Source: an uncultured Actinomycetota bacterium (GTDB lineage: Bacteria > Actinomycetota > Actinomycetes > JBEVHX01). Taken from it: 64,000 bases of DNA. The position numbers and the translations under genes were made by a program. Under the pieces are notes generated by a model. The model searched no databases, had not been told where the DNA came from, and was given only the letters and a program-made list of their open reading frames with translations. The stretch is taken from assembly GCA_963836025.1 (NCBI GenBank), contig CAWIIE010000007.1, positions 80,500 to 144,499 of the forward strand, written 5' to 3'. Shown one piece after another: positions 30,446-41,653 of the stretch (positions within the stretch are counted from its first letter, which is position 1; every line of letters begins with the position of its first letter).

Positions 30446-31021
30446 TCAGCGGCGGGCCTGGTCCTCGAGGGCTGCTCGGATCCGATCAGCCACCTCGGGA
30501 ATCTCGCCCAGCCCGTCGACCTCAACGAGGATGCCCTGCTTGCGGTACACGTCGATCAGCGGTTCGGTCTGCTCGGCGTACACCTCGAGTCGGCGGCGCA
30601 CCACGTCTTCGGTGTCGTCTGCGCGGCCCTCGGTCTGCGCCCGCAGCAGCAGCCGCGGGACGACCTCGTCGGCCGGGGCGACCAGTTCGACGACCGCATC
30701 GAGCCGTCGGCCCTGTTCTCCCAGCATGTCGTCGAGCGCGTGGACCTGGTCGATCGTGCGCGGGTAGCCGTCGAGCAGGAAGCCCGGCTCACAATCGGGC
30801 TCAGTCAGCCGCTCGCGCACCATCGCGTTGGTCACCGAGTCCGGTACATAGTCACCGGTGTCCATGTATTTCTTGGCCTGCAGCCCGAGCTCTGTTTCGC
30901 CGGCGACGTTGCGACGGAAGATGTCGCCCGTTGAGATGGCCGGGATGCCGAAGTGTTCGGCGATCAGCTTCGCCTGGGTGCCCTTTCCGGAGCCGGGCGG
31001 TCCCACAAGCACGAGTCGCAC
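30446..31021 (-). CDS. adk: Adenylate kinase
   Basis: [36 protein letters not shown]..., 191 aa. Confidence 0.98.
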   Translation of the reverse strand: MRLVLVGPPGSGKGTQAKLIAEHFGIPAISTGDIFRRNVAGETELGLQAKKYMDTGDYVPDSVTNAMVRERLTEPDCEPGFLLDGYPRTIDQVHALDDMLGEQGRRLDAVVELVAPADEVVPRLLLRAQTEGRADDTEDVVRRRLEVYAEQTEPLIDVYRKQGILVEVDGLGEIPEVADRIRAALEDQARR

Positions 31022-31085
31022 GGGCGCTTCCCTTCGATCGGCGAGGCTGGCCGAGCGGCCGGCTCGAGCTGCCGGACTTCGGTGG

Positions 31086-32381
31086 CTAGCGGAGGAACCC
31101 TTCGTAGTTGCGCTGCTGGAGCTGGCTCTCGATCTGCTTCACGGTGTCGAGGCCGACACCGACCATGATCAGAATGCTGGTGCCGCCGAACGGGAAGTTC
31201 TGGCTGGCGCCGATCAGGGCAAATGCGATCAGCGGGATGATCGCGATGGTCGCGAGGTACAACGAACCCGGGAAGGTGAGCCGGCTGAGGACGTAGTCGA
31301 GGTACTCCGCGGTCGGCCGGCCGGCCCGGATGCCCGGGATGAAGCCGCCGTACTTCTTCATGTTGTCGGCGACCTCGTCCGGGTTGAACGTGATCGCTAC
31401 GTAGAAGTACGTGAAGAAGATGATCAGGCCGAAGAAGACCGAGATGTACAGCGCGTTGTCGCCGGTCACGAAGTAGCGCTGGATCCACAGCCCCCAGGCC
31501 GAGTCGGTCCCGAACAGCTGGACCAGCAGGGTGGGGATATACAGCAGCGACGAGCCGAAGATCACCGGGATGACGCCGGCCTGGTTGACCTTCATCGGGA
31601 TATAGGTGGACGTGCCGCCGTACATCCGCCGGCCGACCATCCGCTTCGCATACTGCACCGGGATCCGGCGCTGCGCCTGCTCGACGAAGATCACCGCGGC
31701 AACAAGGACGAGGCCCACAGCAATCACCACCGCGAAGATCAGCCAGCCGTTGATCTGGTAGATCGCCCAGATCTGCTGCGGGAAGGTCGCGATGATCGAG
31801 GTGAAAATCAGGATCGACATGCCGTTGCCGATGCCGCGGTCGGTGATCAGCTCGCCGAGCCACATGATGACGCCGGTGCCGGCGGTCATCACGAGCACCA
31901 TCGTGGTGATCAGCCACAACGACTCGTCCGGGATGATGTCCGCGCTACAGGCCGGGAACAGCTGGCCCGGTGTCCGCGCGATCGCGATCAGGCCGGTCGA
32001 CTGCAGGATCGCCAGCCCGATCGTGAGGTAGCGGGTGTATTGCGTCAGTCTGGCCGTGCCCGCTTGGCCCTCCTTCTTGAGGGCCTCGAAGCGTGGGATC
32101 ACGACCGTCAAAAGCTGGACGATGATGCTGGCCGTGATGTACGGCATGATCCCGAGGGCGAAGATCGACAGTTGCAGCAGCGCGCCGCCGCTGAACAGGT
32201 TGATCAACCCGTAGATGCCCTCGTTGCCCGCGAGGTCCACACAGCTTTGGACCGCGCCGTAGTCGACGCCGGGGGTCGGGACGAACGAGCCGAGCCGGAA
32301 CAGGGCGATGATCGCCAGGACGAACAGCAACTTTCGCCGCAGGTCGGGCGTTCGGAACGCCCGGGCGAACGCGGTGAGCAC
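31086..32381 (-). CDS. secY: Preprotein translocase subunit SecY
   Basis: [40 protein letters not shown]...[10 protein letters not shown], 431 aa. Confidence 0.98.
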   Translation of the reverse strand: MLTAFARAFRTPDLRRKLLFVLAIIALFRLGSFVPTPGVDYGAVQSCVDLAGNEGIYGLINLFSGGALLQLSIFALGIMPYITASIIVQLLTVVIPRFEALKKEGQAGTARLTQYTRYLTIGLAILQSTGLIAIARTPGQLFPACSADIIPDESLWLITTMVLVMTAGTGVIMWLGELITDRGIGNGMSILIFTSIIATFPQQIWAIYQINGWLIFAVVIAVGLVLVAAVIFVEQAQRRIPVQYAKRMVGRRMYGGTSTYIPMKVNQAGVIPVIFGSSLLYIPTLLVQLFGTDSAWGLWIQRYFVTGDNALYISVFFGLIIFFTYFYVAITFNPDEVADNMKKYGGFIPGIRAGRPTAEYLDYVLSRLTFPGSLYLATIAIIPLIAFALIGASQNFPFGGTSILIMVGVGLDTVKQIESQLQQRNYEGFLR

Positions 32382-32463
32382 GGAGCCTCCTGCTAGCTGG
32401 TGCTGGTCGGGTGTTCACGAGTGAACACCTTTGGTGGGTGATGCGAAACGGGGAGCGTAACAG

Positions 32464-32922
32464 TCAGACCAGCACGTGGACGGACCCGCCGGCCGCGGTG
32501 ATCTTGTCCTTTGCGGTGGCCGAGAAGGCGTGCGCGGAGACGTTGACGGCAACGCCGATGTCGCCGTTGCCCAGCACCTTGACGGGCAGGTCCTTGCGGA
32601 CCGCACCCTTGGCAACCAGGTCGGCAACGGACACGTCGCCACCATCGGGGAACAGGTCCGTGAGCCGAGCCAGGTTCACGACCTGGTACTCGACCCGGAA
32701 CGGGTTGGTGAAGCCGCGCAGCTTGGGCAGCCGCATGTGCAGCGGCATCTGGCCGCCCTCGAAGCGCTCGGGCACCTGGTAGCGGGCCTTGGTGCCCTTG
32801 GTGCCACGGCCCGCGGTCTTGCCGCGCTTGCCCCCCTCGCCGCGACCGACGCGGGTCTTGGGGGTCTTGGCACCGGGGGCGGGACGCAAGTGATGCACCT
32901 TGAGCGGGTTGTTGTCTGCCAT
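32464..32922 (-). CDS. rplO: 50S ribosomal protein L15
   Basis: [47 protein letters not shown]..., 152 aa. Confidence 0.97.
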   Translation of the reverse strand: MADNNPLKVHHLRPAPGAKTPKTRVGRGEGGKRGKTAGRGTKGTKARYQVPERFEGGQMPLHMRLPKLRGFTNPFRVEYQVVNLARLTDLFPDGGDVSVADLVAKGAVRKDLPVKVLGNGDIGVAVNVSAHAFSATAKDKITAAGGSVHVLV

Positions 32923-32924
32923 GG

Positions 32925-33107
32925 TCAGTCGACCTCCTCGACCCGTACCAGGTGCGACACGGTGTTGACCATGCCGCGGACCTCGGGACGGTCCTCCTTG
33001 ACGACGACGTCGCCGATGCGCTTGAGCCCCAGGGTGCGGAGCGTGTCGCGCTGGTTCTGCTGGCCGCCGATCCCTGAACGTGTCTGGGTCACCTTCAAAC
33101 GCACCAT
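32925..33107 (-). CDS. rpmD: 50S ribosomal protein L30
   Basis: [60 protein letters not shown], 60 aa from the ATG at 33107. Confidence 0.96.
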   Translation of the reverse strand: MVRLKVTQTRSGIGGQQNQRDTLRTLGLKRIGDVVVKEDRPEVRGMVNTVSHLVRVEEVD

Positions 33108-33109
33108 GA

Positions 33110-33736
33110 TCACGCCCCAGCCGCGCGAGCGCGGAGCAGTGCCGCCGGCGCGACGTCCTCGAGCGGCAGGCCGCGGCGCGCGGCGACTGCCTCCGGGCGC
33201 TCCAGGCCTTTCAGCGCCGCAACCGTCGCGTGCACGACGTTGATGGCGTTGTCGGACCCGAGCGACTTGCTGAGCACATCGTGGATCCCGGCGCACTCGA
33301 GCACGGCCCGGACCGGGCCGCCGGCGATGACGCCGGTACCCGGGGAGGCCGGCCGGAGCAGGACGACGCCGGCCGCCTTCTCGCCCTGGATCGGGTGCGG
33401 GATGGTGCCCTGGATCCGCGGGACCTTGAAGAAGTGCTTCTTGGCCTCCTCCACGCCCTTGGCGATGGCGGCCGGCACCTCCTTGGCCTTGCCGTAACCG
33501 ACGCCGACCGTGCCGTCGCCGTCGCCGACGACCACGAGGGCGGTGAAGCTGAAGCGCCGGCCGCCCTTGACGACCTTGGCGACGCGGTTGATCGCCACGA
33601 CGCGCTCCAGATACGCGCTCTTCTCGGGCGCGTTGTCACCACGACGGCTGTCGCGGCGCTCTCGGCGCTCGCCGCCGGCCCGACCAGCGGTGCCGCCGGT
33701 GGCGCCGGCGCCGGTGCCGCGCTGGGGTCCTGGCAT
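33110..33736 (-). CDS. rpsE: 30S ribosomal protein S5
   Basis: ...[53 protein letters not shown]..., 208 aa. Confidence 0.98.
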   Translation of the reverse strand: MPGPQRGTGAGATGGTAGRAGGERRERRDSRRGDNAPEKSAYLERVVAINRVAKVVKGGRRFSFTALVVVGDGDGTVGVGYGKAKEVPAAIAKGVEEAKKHFFKVPRIQGTIPHPIQGEKAAGVVLLRPASPGTGVIAGGPVRAVLECAGIHDVLSKSLGSDNAINVVHATVAALKGLERPEAVAARRGLPLEDVAPAALLRARAAGA

Positions 33737-33794
33737 CAGGGGTTCCTCATCTCGGTCTGTGCGTCGTGTGCATTCGTATGCGTCCGCAGGATCA

Positions 33795-34181
33795 TCAGAA
33801 GTTCAGCCCGCCTTCGCGTGCGCCGTCGGCGAGCGCGGCCACCCGGCCGTGGTACCGGTTGCCAGCACGGTCGAAGACGACGGCGTCGACGCCGGCGGCC
33901 TTGGCGCGCTCGGCCACGAGCTCGCCGACCCTGCGCGCCTTGGCGGTCTTGTCGCCGTCCAGGCCACGAAGGTCGGTTTCCATCGTCGAGGCCGACGCCA
34001 GCGTGACGTGCGCGATGTCGTCGACGACCTGGACGAACACGTGCCGGGTTGACCGGGTGATGACCAGGCGCGGCCGGGCCGCCGTGCCCGCGACCTTCTT
34101 GCGGACGCGGATGTGGCGGCGCTTGGTGGCCAGCGCACGCGCGCTGGTCTTGGTGCCGCTCAGCTTCGTACCGACAGCCAT
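33795..34181 (-). CDS. rplR: 50S ribosomal protein L18
   Basis: ...[35 protein letters not shown]...[19 protein letters not shown], 128 aa. Confidence 0.98.
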   Translation of the reverse strand: MAVGTKLSGTKTSARALATKRRHIRVRKKVAGTAARPRLVITRSTRHVFVQVVDDIAHVTLASASTMETDLRGLDGDKTAKARRVGELVAERAKAAGVDAVVFDRAGNRYHGRVAALADGAREGGLNF

Positions 34182-34184
34182 GGC

Positions 34185-34724
34185 TTACTTCCCAGCCTTT
34201 CCGACCTTGCGCTTGACGACCTCGCCCGCATACCGCACGCCCTTGCCCTTGTACGGGTCGGGCTTGCGCAGCTTGCGAATGTTCGCGGCGACCTCGCCAA
34301 CCTGCTGCTTGTCGATGCCGGCGACCGAGAACCTGGTCGGCGACTCGACGGAGAAGCTGATCCCCTCCGGCGCCGGGATGACGACCGGGTGGCTGAAGCC
34401 GAGCGCGAACTCCAGGTCGCTGCCCTTGGCCTGGACGCGGTAGCCCACGCCCACGATCTCGAGATTCTTCGTGTAGCCCTCGGTGACGCCCGTGATCATG
34501 TTGGCCACAAGCGTGCGGGACAGCCCGTGCAGCGACCGCGAGTAGCGCTCGTCGTCCGGGCGGGTCACCGTGAGGGTGCCGTCCTCGTCGCGAGCAATCT
34601 CGATCGGGGGCGCGATGGTGTGCGACAGGGTGCCCTTCGGGCCCTTGACCGTCACCTCACGACCATCGATCTGCACGTCCACGCCCGAGGGAACGGTGAT
34701 GGGGAGTCGTCCGATTCGCGACAT
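34185..34724 (-). CDS. rplF: 50S ribosomal protein L6
   Basis: [36 protein letters not shown]..., 179 aa. Confidence 0.98.
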   Translation of the reverse strand: MSRIGRLPITVPSGVDVQIDGREVTVKGPKGTLSHTIAPPIEIARDEDGTLTVTRPDDERYSRSLHGLSRTLVANMITGVTEGYTKNLEIVGVGYRVQAKGSDLEFALGFSHPVVIPAPEGISFSVESPTRFSVAGIDKQQVGEVAANIRKLRKPDPYKGKGVRYAGEVVKRKVGKAGK

Positions 34725-34742
34725 GTGTGTCTCCTCCCCGAC

Positions 34743-35147
34743 TTACCAGACGTAGGCGAGAACTTCTCCGCCTACGCCCTTCTTGGCAGCCTGCTTGTCG
34801 GTGAGCAGCCCGGTTGACGTCGAGATGATCGCGATGCCGAGCCCACCCAGCACCCGCGGCAACGAGCTGGACTTCGCATACACCCGCAGTCCCGGCTTGG
34901 ACACCCGGCGCACGCCAGCGATCGACCGCTCACGATTGGGGCCGTACTTCAGGTCGACGAGCAGCATCGAGCCGACGCCGTCCTCGTTGTCCTGCACGCG
35001 CCAGCCGGCGATGTAGCCCTCCTGCTGGAGGATCTCGGCGATGTGTGTCTTGATCTTCGACGACGGCATGGTCGTCTGCTCGTGGTACGCCGAGTTGGCG
35101 TTGCGGATGCGGGTGAGCATGTCCGCGATGGGGTCTGTCATGGTCAT
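34743..35147 (-). CDS. rpsH: 30S ribosomal protein S8
   Basis: [46 protein letters not shown]..., 134 aa. Confidence 0.98.
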   Translation of the reverse strand: MTMTDPIADMLTRIRNANSAYHEQTTMPSSKIKTHIAEILQQEGYIAGWRVQDNEDGVGSMLLVDLKYGPNRERSIAGVRRVSKPGLRVYAKSSSLPRVLGGLGIAIISTSTGLLTDKQAAKKGVGGEVLAYVW

Positions 35148-35214
35148 GGTTGGCCAACGGCCTTTCTCACCGTGGTATCCGGGCTGGTGCCCGGACCTGC
35201 GGCGTACGTAGTGA

Positions 35215-35400
35215 CTACCAACTGCTCTTCGTGACGCCCGGGAGCTGGCCCGCGTGGGCCATCTCCCGCAGGCACACCCGACAGAGCCCGAACTTGCGGT
35301 ACACCGACTTGGGCCGGCCGCACCGGTTGCACCGGGTGTAGCCGCGGACCTTGAACTTCGGCTTCGCCGCCGCCTTGTTGACTAATGCCTTCTTTGCCAC
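35215..35400 (-). CDS. rpsN: 30S ribosomal protein S14, short zinc-binding type Z
   Basis: [61 protein letters not shown], 61 aa with a CxxC...CxxC pattern. GTG start. Confidence 0.97.
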   Translation of the reverse strand: MAKKALVNKAAAKPKFKVRGYTRCNRCGRPKSVYRKFGLCRVCLREMAHAGQLPGVTKSSW

Positions 35401-35460
35401 GTCAGATCACTCCGTTGATGGTCGCGTTCGGGGATTGGCTCGCAAGCTCGCTCATCGCCC

Positions 35461-36129
35461 TCACCGCTCCGAAAAGGGGAAGCCGAGCTGCTTGAGCAGC
35501 GCGCGCCCCTCGTCGTCAGAAGCCGCCGTCGTGACGACCGTGATGTCCATGCCGCGCACGCGGTCGACCTTGTCCTGGTCGATCTCGTGGAACATGGCCT
35601 GCTCGTTCAGTCCGAAGGTGAAGTTGCCCCGGCCGTCGAACTGCTTCGGCGACAGGCCGCGGAAGTCGCGGATGCGCGGCAGCGCGACCGACAGCAAGCG
35701 GTCCAGGAACTCCCACATCCGGTCGCCGCGCAGGGTGACGTGGGCCCCGATCGGCATGCCCTCACGCAGCTTGAACTGCGCGATCGACTTGCGCGCCTTC
35801 GTGACCTGCGGCTTCTGGCCGGTGATGGCGGTGAGGTCCCGGAGTGCGCCCTCGATCAGCTTCGAGTCGCGCGCGGCCTCACCGACGCCCATGTTCACCA
35901 CGATCTTGGTCAGACCAGGGATCTGCATGACGTTGGCGTAGCCGAACTCCTCGCGCAGCGCGGGCGCCACCTCGGAGCGGTAGCGCTGCTTCAGCCGCGG
36001 CAACTCACGAGTCTGCGTCGCGCTCTGCGACTCGCTGGTCGCTTCGCTGTTCTGGGTCTCGGTGGTCATGGTCGCACTCCGCGACTCGCTCGCAAGCTCG
36101 CTCGTCACGTCGTCGCTCAGGCTGCTCAT
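35461..36129 (-). CDS. rplE: 50S ribosomal protein L5
   Basis: ...[53 protein letters not shown].... The start is either the ATG at 36129, overlapping the rplX stop, or the internal ATG at 36069 (MTTETQNSE...). Confidence 0.95.
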   Translation of the reverse strand: MSSLSDDVTSELASESRSATMTTETQNSEATSESQSATQTRELPRLKQRYRSEVAPALREEFGYANVMQIPGLTKIVVNMGVGEAARDSKLIEGALRDLTAITGQKPQVTKARKSIAQFKLREGMPIGAHVTLRGDRMWEFLDRLLSVALPRIRDFRGLSPKQFDGRGNFTFGLNEQAMFHEIDQDKVDRVRGMDITVVTTAASDDEGRALLKQLGFPFSER

Positions 36130-36461
36130 CAGATGTCCTTACCGGTCCGCCGGGCGACGCGGACCTTGGTGCCGTCCTCGTCGGTGCGGTACCCGATCCG
36201 GCTGCCGACCTCTTTGCCCTCGACCTCGACGACGAGCATCACGTTGGAGATGTGGATCGGTGCCTCCTGCGTGATGATGCCGCCGGTCTTGGCACCGCGC
36301 TGGGTCTGGCTGACCTTCGTGTGCTTCTTGATCCGGTTGACGCCTTCGACGAGCAATCGATCGCGCTCGGGGTAGGCCTGGATGACCTTGCCGGTCAGGC
36401 CCTTGTCCTTGCCGGAGATGACGAGGACGGTGTCGCCCTTCTTGATGCGCATCTTGGCCAT
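36129..36461 (-). CDS. rplX: 50S ribosomal protein L24
   Basis: [49 protein letters not shown]..., 110 aa. Confidence 0.98.
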   Translation of the reverse strand: MAKMRIKKGDTVLVISGKDKGLTGKVIQAYPERDRLLVEGVNRIKKHTKVSQTQRGAKTGGIITQEAPIHISNVMLVVEVEGKEVGSRIGYRTDEDGTKVRVARRTGKDI

Positions 36462-36464
36462 GGC

Positions 36465-36833
36465 TTAGAGCACCTCCGGCGCCAGCGAGATGATCTTCAT
36501 GTACTTCTTCTCGCGCAGCTCGCGGCCGACCGGGCCGAAGATGCGGGTACCGCGGGGCTCACCGTCGCTCTTGAGAATCACCGCGGCGTTCTCGTCGAAC
36601 TTGATGTAGGAACCGTCGGCACGCCGCCGCTCCTTCACCGTGCGGACGATGACCGCCTTGACGACCTCGCCCTTCTTGACGTTGCCGCCGGGGATCGCGT
36701 CCTTGACGGTGGCCACGATCACGTCCCCGATGCCCGCGTAGCGTCGACCGGAGCCGCCAAGCACCCGGATGCACAAGAGTTCCTTGGCACCGGTGTTGTC
36801 GGCGACTCGCAGTCGCGACTCCTGCTGGATCAC
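36465..36833 (-). CDS. rplN: 50S ribosomal protein L14
   Basis: [50 protein letters not shown]..., 122 aa. Confidence 0.98.
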   Translation of the reverse strand: MIQQESRLRVADNTGAKELLCIRVLGGSGRRYAGIGDVIVATVKDAIPGGNVKKGEVVKAVIVRTVKERRRADGSYIKFDENAAVILKSDGEPRGTRIFGPVGRELREKKYMKIISLAPEVL

Positions 36834-36911
36834 TTCATCTCCTGGTTGTCTGCTGGTTCTCGTGGATTCCCACGAGCCTTGCGGAACTTCTCAAAGATCT
36901 TCAAGGGGCCT

Positions 36912-37220
36912 TTACTGCGCTTTCTCGAGGATCTCCACCACGCGCCAGCGCTTGGTCGCGCTGAGCGGGCGGGTCTCCATCAGCAGGACGCGGTCGCCCA
37001 CGCCGGCTTGGTTCAGCTCGTCGTGCGCCTTGAGCTTGTTCGTGCGGCGGATGACCTTGCCGTACAGCGCGTGCTTGACCCGGTCCTCGACCGCGACGAC
37101 GACGGTCTTGTCCATCTTGTCGCTGATGACCAGGCCCTCACGCGTCTTGCGGAAGCCGCGCGTCCGGGCGGTGCTCGTGCTGTTCTCGCTCATACCTGTC
37201 TTCTCGTCGTTGTCGCTCAT
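36912..37220 (-). CDS. rpsQ: 30S ribosomal protein S17
   Basis: ...[45 protein letters not shown]..., 102 aa. Confidence 0.97.
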   Translation of the reverse strand: MSDNDEKTGMSENSTSTARTRGFRKTREGLVISDKMDKTVVVAVEDRVKHALYGKVIRRTNKLKAHDELNQAGVGDRVLLMETRPLSATKRWRVVEILEKAQ

Positions 37221-37468
37221 GCCGCACCTGCACTGCCTGCGCTGTTCACGGTGCTCTCCACCGGCGTGATGCCGAGCTCGCGCTCGCGCATCACGGTGTA
37301 GATGCGGGCGATCTCCTTGCGAACAGCGCGCAGCCGGCCATGGTTCTCCAGCTGGCCGGTCGCCGCCTGGAACCGGAGGTTGAACAGCTCCTCCTTGGCC
37401 TCCCGAAGCTTGCTGACCAACTCGTCGTCCGCCAGCCCACGGAGCTCATCGGTCTGGACGATCGCCAT
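37217..37468 (-). CDS. rpmC: 50S ribosomal protein L29
   Basis: [62 protein letters not shown].... The ATG at 37468 overlaps the rplP stop. A GTG at 37471 is an alternative start. Confidence 0.95.
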   Translation of the reverse strand: MAIVQTDELRGLADDELVSKLREAKEELFNLRFQAATGQLENHGRLRAVRKEIARIYTVMRERELGITPVESTVNSAGSAGAA

Positions 37469-37887
37469 CACGCCTCACTTGCTTCGCGCCGAACGATCCG
37501 GCACTTCATCGGGAGCTTGTGCGCGGCCCGCTCGAGAGCTTCGCGCGCCACCTTCTCGCTCGGATAGGACAGCTCGAACATCACGCGACCGGGCTTGACG
37601 TTGGCCACCCACCACTCGGGTGAGCCCTTGCCGGAGCCCATGCGCGTCTCGGCCGGCTTCTTCGTGATCGGACGGTCCGGGTAGATGTTGATCCACACCT
37701 TGCCGCCACGGCGGATATGCCGGGTGATCGCGATTCGGGCCGCCTCGATCTGCCGGTTCGTCACGTATGCGTGCTCGACGGCCTGGATGCCGTACTCGCC
37801 GAAGGTCACCCGGGTACCGCCCTTGGCCGCTCCACGCCGCTCGGGGTGGTGCTGCTTGCGGTGCTTGACCCTGCGCGGGATCAGCAT
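37468..37887 (-). CDS. rplP: 50S ribosomal protein L16
   Basis: [53 protein letters not shown]..., 139 aa. Confidence 0.98.
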   Translation of the reverse strand: MLIPRRVKHRKQHHPERRGAAKGGTRVTFGEYGIQAVEHAYVTNRQIEAARIAITRHIRRGGKVWINIYPDRPITKKPAETRMGSGKGSPEWWVANVKPGRVMFELSYPSEKVAREALERAAHKLPMKCRIVRREASEA

Positions 37888-37889
37888 GG

Positions 37890-38937
37890 TCAGCCCTCCT
37901 CAGACGGTGTGCGGGTTGCCGGCGTGGACTCGGCGACCGGGGCAGCAGCCTCAGCGACCGGCTCGGTCACCGGCGCAGCGACCGGCTCGGCGACGGCTCG
38001 GCCACGGCGCAGCGACCGGCTCGGCGACCGGCTCGGCCACCGGCGCAGCGACCGGCTCGATCACAGGGGACGCGACTGGCTCGGCGACTGGCGCTGCCGG
38101 GGCGGAGGCGTCCGCGGCCGAGGCCACGACCGGTGCCACGGCCTCGACGGGCGCGGGGGCCTCGATCGGCGCCACCTCGACGGGAGCCGCCTCAACCGCA
38201 GCGGCCTCGCCCTCGACCGGGGTGTCCTCGAACGGGCGACGGGTCCGGGTCGGACGGGTGCGCTGCGGAGCGCGGGCACCGGCGCCGGGGAGCTCACGCT
38301 CGGCACGGCCACCGACCGCGTCCCCGCGGTAGATCCAGACCTTCACGCCAATCCGGCCGAAGGTCGTTCGCGCCTCATAGAAGCCGTAGTCGATGTGCGC
38401 CCGCAGCGTGTGCAACGGCACCCGACCCTCGCGGTAGAACTCCGAGCGGGACATCTCGGCGCCGCCGAGACGACCCGAGCACTGCACCCGGATGCCCTTC
38501 GCGCCGGCCTTCATCGCCGACTGCATCGCCTTGCGCATGGCACGACGGAACGAAACCCGGGATGACAGCTGCTCCGCCACGCCCTGCGCGACCAGCTGAG
38601 CGTCCACCTCGGGGTTCTTCACCTCGAGAATGTTCAGCTGCACCTGCTTGCCGGTGAGCTTCTCGAGGTCGCCGCGGATGCGGTCGGCCTCAGCGCCGCG
38701 GCGGCCGATGACGATGCCCGGACGAGCGGTGTGGATGTCGACGCGGACCCGGTCCCGGGTGCGCTCGATGTCGACCTTGGAGATGCCCGCGCGCTCCATG
38801 CCCTTGCTCATCATCCGACGAATCGCCACGTCCTCGCGGACGTAGTGCTTGTACAGCTTGTCGTCGGCGTACCACCGGCTGCTCCAGTCGGTGGTAATGC
38901 CCAGCCGGAACCCGTGCGGGTTGACCTTCTGGCCCAC
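37890..38937 (-). CDS. rpsC: 30S ribosomal protein S3 with a repetitive (A/E)PVA-rich C-terminal tail; the tail probably carries two 1-nt deletions as assembled
   Basis: [43 protein letters not shown].... The uninterrupted ORF ends at 37951 with an Arg/Cys-rich tail ([17 protein letters not shown]). Restoring one G at about 38005 and one at about 37994 continues the EPVA repeats to a TGA at 37890, 2 nt before the rplP ATG. Confidence 0.9.
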
Positions 38938-39380
38938 TAGCGGGTCCTCTCCTTCTGCTGTGTCGGCGCCGAGGCGCCGACGGATGGCTCGCGTTGCTCC
39001 ACGATCACGGTGATGTGGCTGGTGCGCTTGCGGATGCGGTATGCCCGACCCTGGGCGCGCGGCCGAAAGCGCTTCAGCGTCGGCCCCTCGTCGACGTACG
39101 CCGAGGTGACGACGTAGTCGGACAGGTCGAAGCGCTGCGACGCCTGCTCGGTCTTGAACCGCGCGTTGGCGATGGCGCTGTCGAGCACCTTGCCCACCGG
39201 CTCGCTGGCCGCCTGCGGCGTGAAGCGAAGCATCGCCTGCGCCTCGGCCGCCGAGCGGCCGCGGATGAGGTCCACCACGCGGCGCGCCTTCATGGGCGTG
39301 ACGCGGACGTACCGCGCCTGAGCCCTGGCTTCCATCGCTGTCCCTGCCTTCGTTGTCTTGTGTGCTGTCGTGCTCGTCAT
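38937..39380 (-). CDS. rplV: 50S ribosomal protein L22
   Basis: [66 protein letters not shown]..., 147 aa from the ATG at 39380. Confidence 0.95.
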   Translation of the reverse strand: MTSTTAHKTTKAGTAMEARAQARYVRVTPMKARRVVDLIRGRSAAEAQAMLRFTPQAASEPVGKVLDSAIANARFKTEQASQRFDLSDYVVTSAYVDEGPTLKRFRPRAQGRAYRIRKRTSHITVIVEQREPSVGASAPTQQKERTR

Positions 39381-39405
39381 CGCATCGCTGGTCGGGTGAC
39401 CAGCG

Positions 39406-39687
39406 TCAGCGGCGACGCGCCTTCTTGTCGTCCTTCTCGTGGCCACGGAAGGTGCGGGTGGGGGCAAACTCCCCGAGCTTGTGGCCGACCATCGACTCGG
39501 TGACGAAGATCGGCACGTGCTTGCGGCCGTCGTGCACCGCGATCGTGTGCCCGAGCATGGCCGGGACGATCATGGAGCGCCGAGACCACGTCTTGATGAC
39601 GTTCTTGGTGCCCCGGTCGTTCTGGGCGTCCACCTTCTTGGCCAGGTGGTCGTCCACGAAGGGACCCTTCTTCAGGCTGCGCGGCAT
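39406..39687 (-). CDS. rpsS: 30S ribosomal protein S19
   Basis: [62 protein letters not shown]..., 93 aa. Confidence 0.98.
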   Translation of the reverse strand: MPRSLKKGPFVDDHLAKKVDAQNDRGTKNVIKTWSRRSMIVPAMLGHTIAVHDGRKHVPIFVTESMVGHKLGEFAPTRTFRGHEKDDKKARRR

Positions 39688-39699
39688 CCGTCAGACTCC

Positions 39700-40536
39700 T
39701 CAGCGCTTCTTGTTCGACTTGCGGCGCGACACGATGAGCTTGTCGCTTTCCTTGTTCGGCGTGCGGGTACGGCCCTCGGCCTGGCCCCACGGCGAGACCG
39801 GGTGGCGGCCACCTGAGGTCTTGCCTTCGCCACCGCCGTGCGGGTGGTCGATCGGGTTCATCGCAACGCCGCGCACCGTGGGGCGCTTGCCCTTCCAGCG
39901 CATCCGGCCGGCCTTGCCCCAGTTGATGTTCGACTGCTCGGCGTTGCCGACCTCGCCGACCGTGGCTCGACACCGGACATCAACCTTGCGCATCTCGCCG
40001 GAGGGCATACGCAGGGTTGCGTGTGGGCCCTCCTTGGCCACCAGCTGCACCGCCGCCCCCGCCGACCGGGCGAGCTTGGCGCCGCCGCCGGGACGAAGCT
40101 CGATCGCGTGGATGACCGTGCCGACCGGGATGTTGCGCAGCGGAAGGTTGTTGCCGGGCTTGATGTCGGCCGTCGGACCGTTCTCGACGCGGTCGCCCTG
40201 GTTCAGCCGCTGCGGCGCCAGGATGTAGCGCTTCTCGCCATCGGCGTAGTGCAGCAACGCGATCCGCGCAGTCCGGTTCGGGTCGTACTCGATGTGCGCG
40301 ACCTTGGCCGGCACACCGTCCTTGTCGTGCCGACGGAAGTCGATCACGCGATACGCGCGCTTGTGCCCGCCGCCCTGGTGCCGGGTGGTGATGCGGCCGG
40401 CGTTGTTGCGACCGCCCTTGCCGTGCAGTGGGCGGACCAGCGACTTCTCCGGCTCGTCACGCGTGACCTCGACGAAGTCGGCCACGCTCGAGCCACGACG
40501 GCCCGGGGTGGTCGGCTTGTACTTGCGGATGCCCAT
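39700..40536 (-). CDS. rplB: 50S ribosomal protein L2
   Basis: [60 protein letters not shown]..., 278 aa. Confidence 0.98.
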   Translation of the reverse strand: MGIRKYKPTTPGRRGSSVADFVEVTRDEPEKSLVRPLHGKGGRNNAGRITTRHQGGGHKRAYRVIDFRRHDKDGVPAKVAHIEYDPNRTARIALLHYADGEKRYILAPQRLNQGDRVENGPTADIKPGNNLPLRNIPVGTVIHAIELRPGGGAKLARSAGAAVQLVAKEGPHATLRMPSGEMRKVDVRCRATVGEVGNAEQSNINWGKAGRMRWKGKRPTVRGVAMNPIDHPHGGGEGKTSGGRHPVSPWGQAEGRTRTPNKESDKLIVSRRKSNKKR

Positions 40537-40574
40537 GGCAATAAATCCCTGTCAGTCCTCGTCAGCGCGCCCGG

Positions 40575-40874
40575 TCAGGAGACCGGACCCCCGAAGATGT
40601 CGATGCGGTGGCCCTCGGCCAGGCCCACGATGGCGCGGCGGGTGTCCTTGCGGGCACCCACGCCGAAGCGGGTGCGCTTCTTCTTGCCCTGGCGGTTGAT
40701 GGTGTTCACGCTCGTCACTTTCACGTTGAACACCTGCTCGACCGCGATCTTGATCTGGGTCTTGTTGGCGTCCGGGTGGACGAGGAACGTGTACTTGTTC
40801 TGGTCGAGAAGGCCATAGCTCTTCTCGGAGATGACGGGCGCGATCAGGATGTCGCGCGGGTCGGCGATCCTCAT
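40575..40874 (-). CDS. rplW: 50S ribosomal protein L23
   Basis: [67 protein letters not shown]..., 99 aa from the ATG at 40874. Confidence 0.97.
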   Translation of the reverse strand: MRIADPRDILIAPVISEKSYGLLDQNKYTFLVHPDANKTQIKIAVEQVFNVKVTSVNTINRQGKKKRTRFGVGARKDTRRAIVGLAEGHRIDIFGGPVS

Positions 40875-41652
40875 GCCTCGCTCCCTTCGGTCTCGTTGTC
40901 GGTCTCGTCGTCGGTCTCGATGGCCGCGTCCTCGACTCGGCGGCCTCGGTCTCACTGGGCTCCGTCTCGGCGGCCTCGGTCTCGGCGACCTCCGTGCTGC
41001 TCGCGGTTGCCTTCGCGGACTTGCCCGTGGCCGGACCCGCGACGAAGGCCTCGAGCGCGGCCTGGGTGAACACCACGTCGTCGGAGATGAGCACGTCGTA
41101 GGTGTTCAGCTGGTCCGGCGTGAGCAGGTGGACCCGGTCCACGTTGCGCAGGCTCAGCCAGGTGACGTCATCACCGCGGCCGACCACCACCAGCACGTGC
41201 TGTCGGTCGGACAGGTTGGCCAGCGCCTGCACGGCTGCCTTCGTGGACGGGGTCTCCCCTTCGACGAGCGCGGTCACCACATGCACCCGGCCGTTGCGGG
41301 CCCGGTCCGAGAGCGCCCCGCGCAGCGCGGCGGCCTTCATCTTCTTGGGGGTGCGCTGGCTGTAGTCACGCGGCGTCGGGCCGTGCACGACGCCACCGCC
41401 GGCGAACTGCGGCGCGCGGGTCGAGCCCTGGCGGGCCCGGCCGGTGCCCTTCTGCCGGTACGGCTTGCGGCCACCACCACGGACCTCGCCGCGGGACTTG
41501 GTGTCGTGGGTGCCCTGACGGGCGGCAGCCAGCTGGGCCACCACGACCTGGTGGATCAGCGGAACGTTGACCTGGACGTCGAAGACCGACTCCGGCAGCT
41601 CAGCGCTGCCGGCCTTGGTCCCGGACGGGGTCAGGACGTCAACGGTCGACAT
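40871..41652 (-). CDS. rplD: 50S ribosomal protein L4 with an acidic C-terminal tail; the tail has one apparent 1-nt deletion as assembled
   Basis: [77 protein letters not shown].... As assembled the ORF runs out of frame across rplW. Adding one G at about 40936 gives ...[27 protein letters not shown] with a TGA overlapping the rplW ATG. Confidence 0.9.
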
Positions 41653-41653
41653 G

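Noticed and set aside
36069-36129. Choosing the internal ATG (36069) as the definitive rplE start.
   Set aside because: Both ATGs have acceptable Shine-Dalgarno-like sequences (AAGGA for 36129, GGAG for 36069), and the sequence alone cannot decide. The longer ORF is reported and the alternative is noted.
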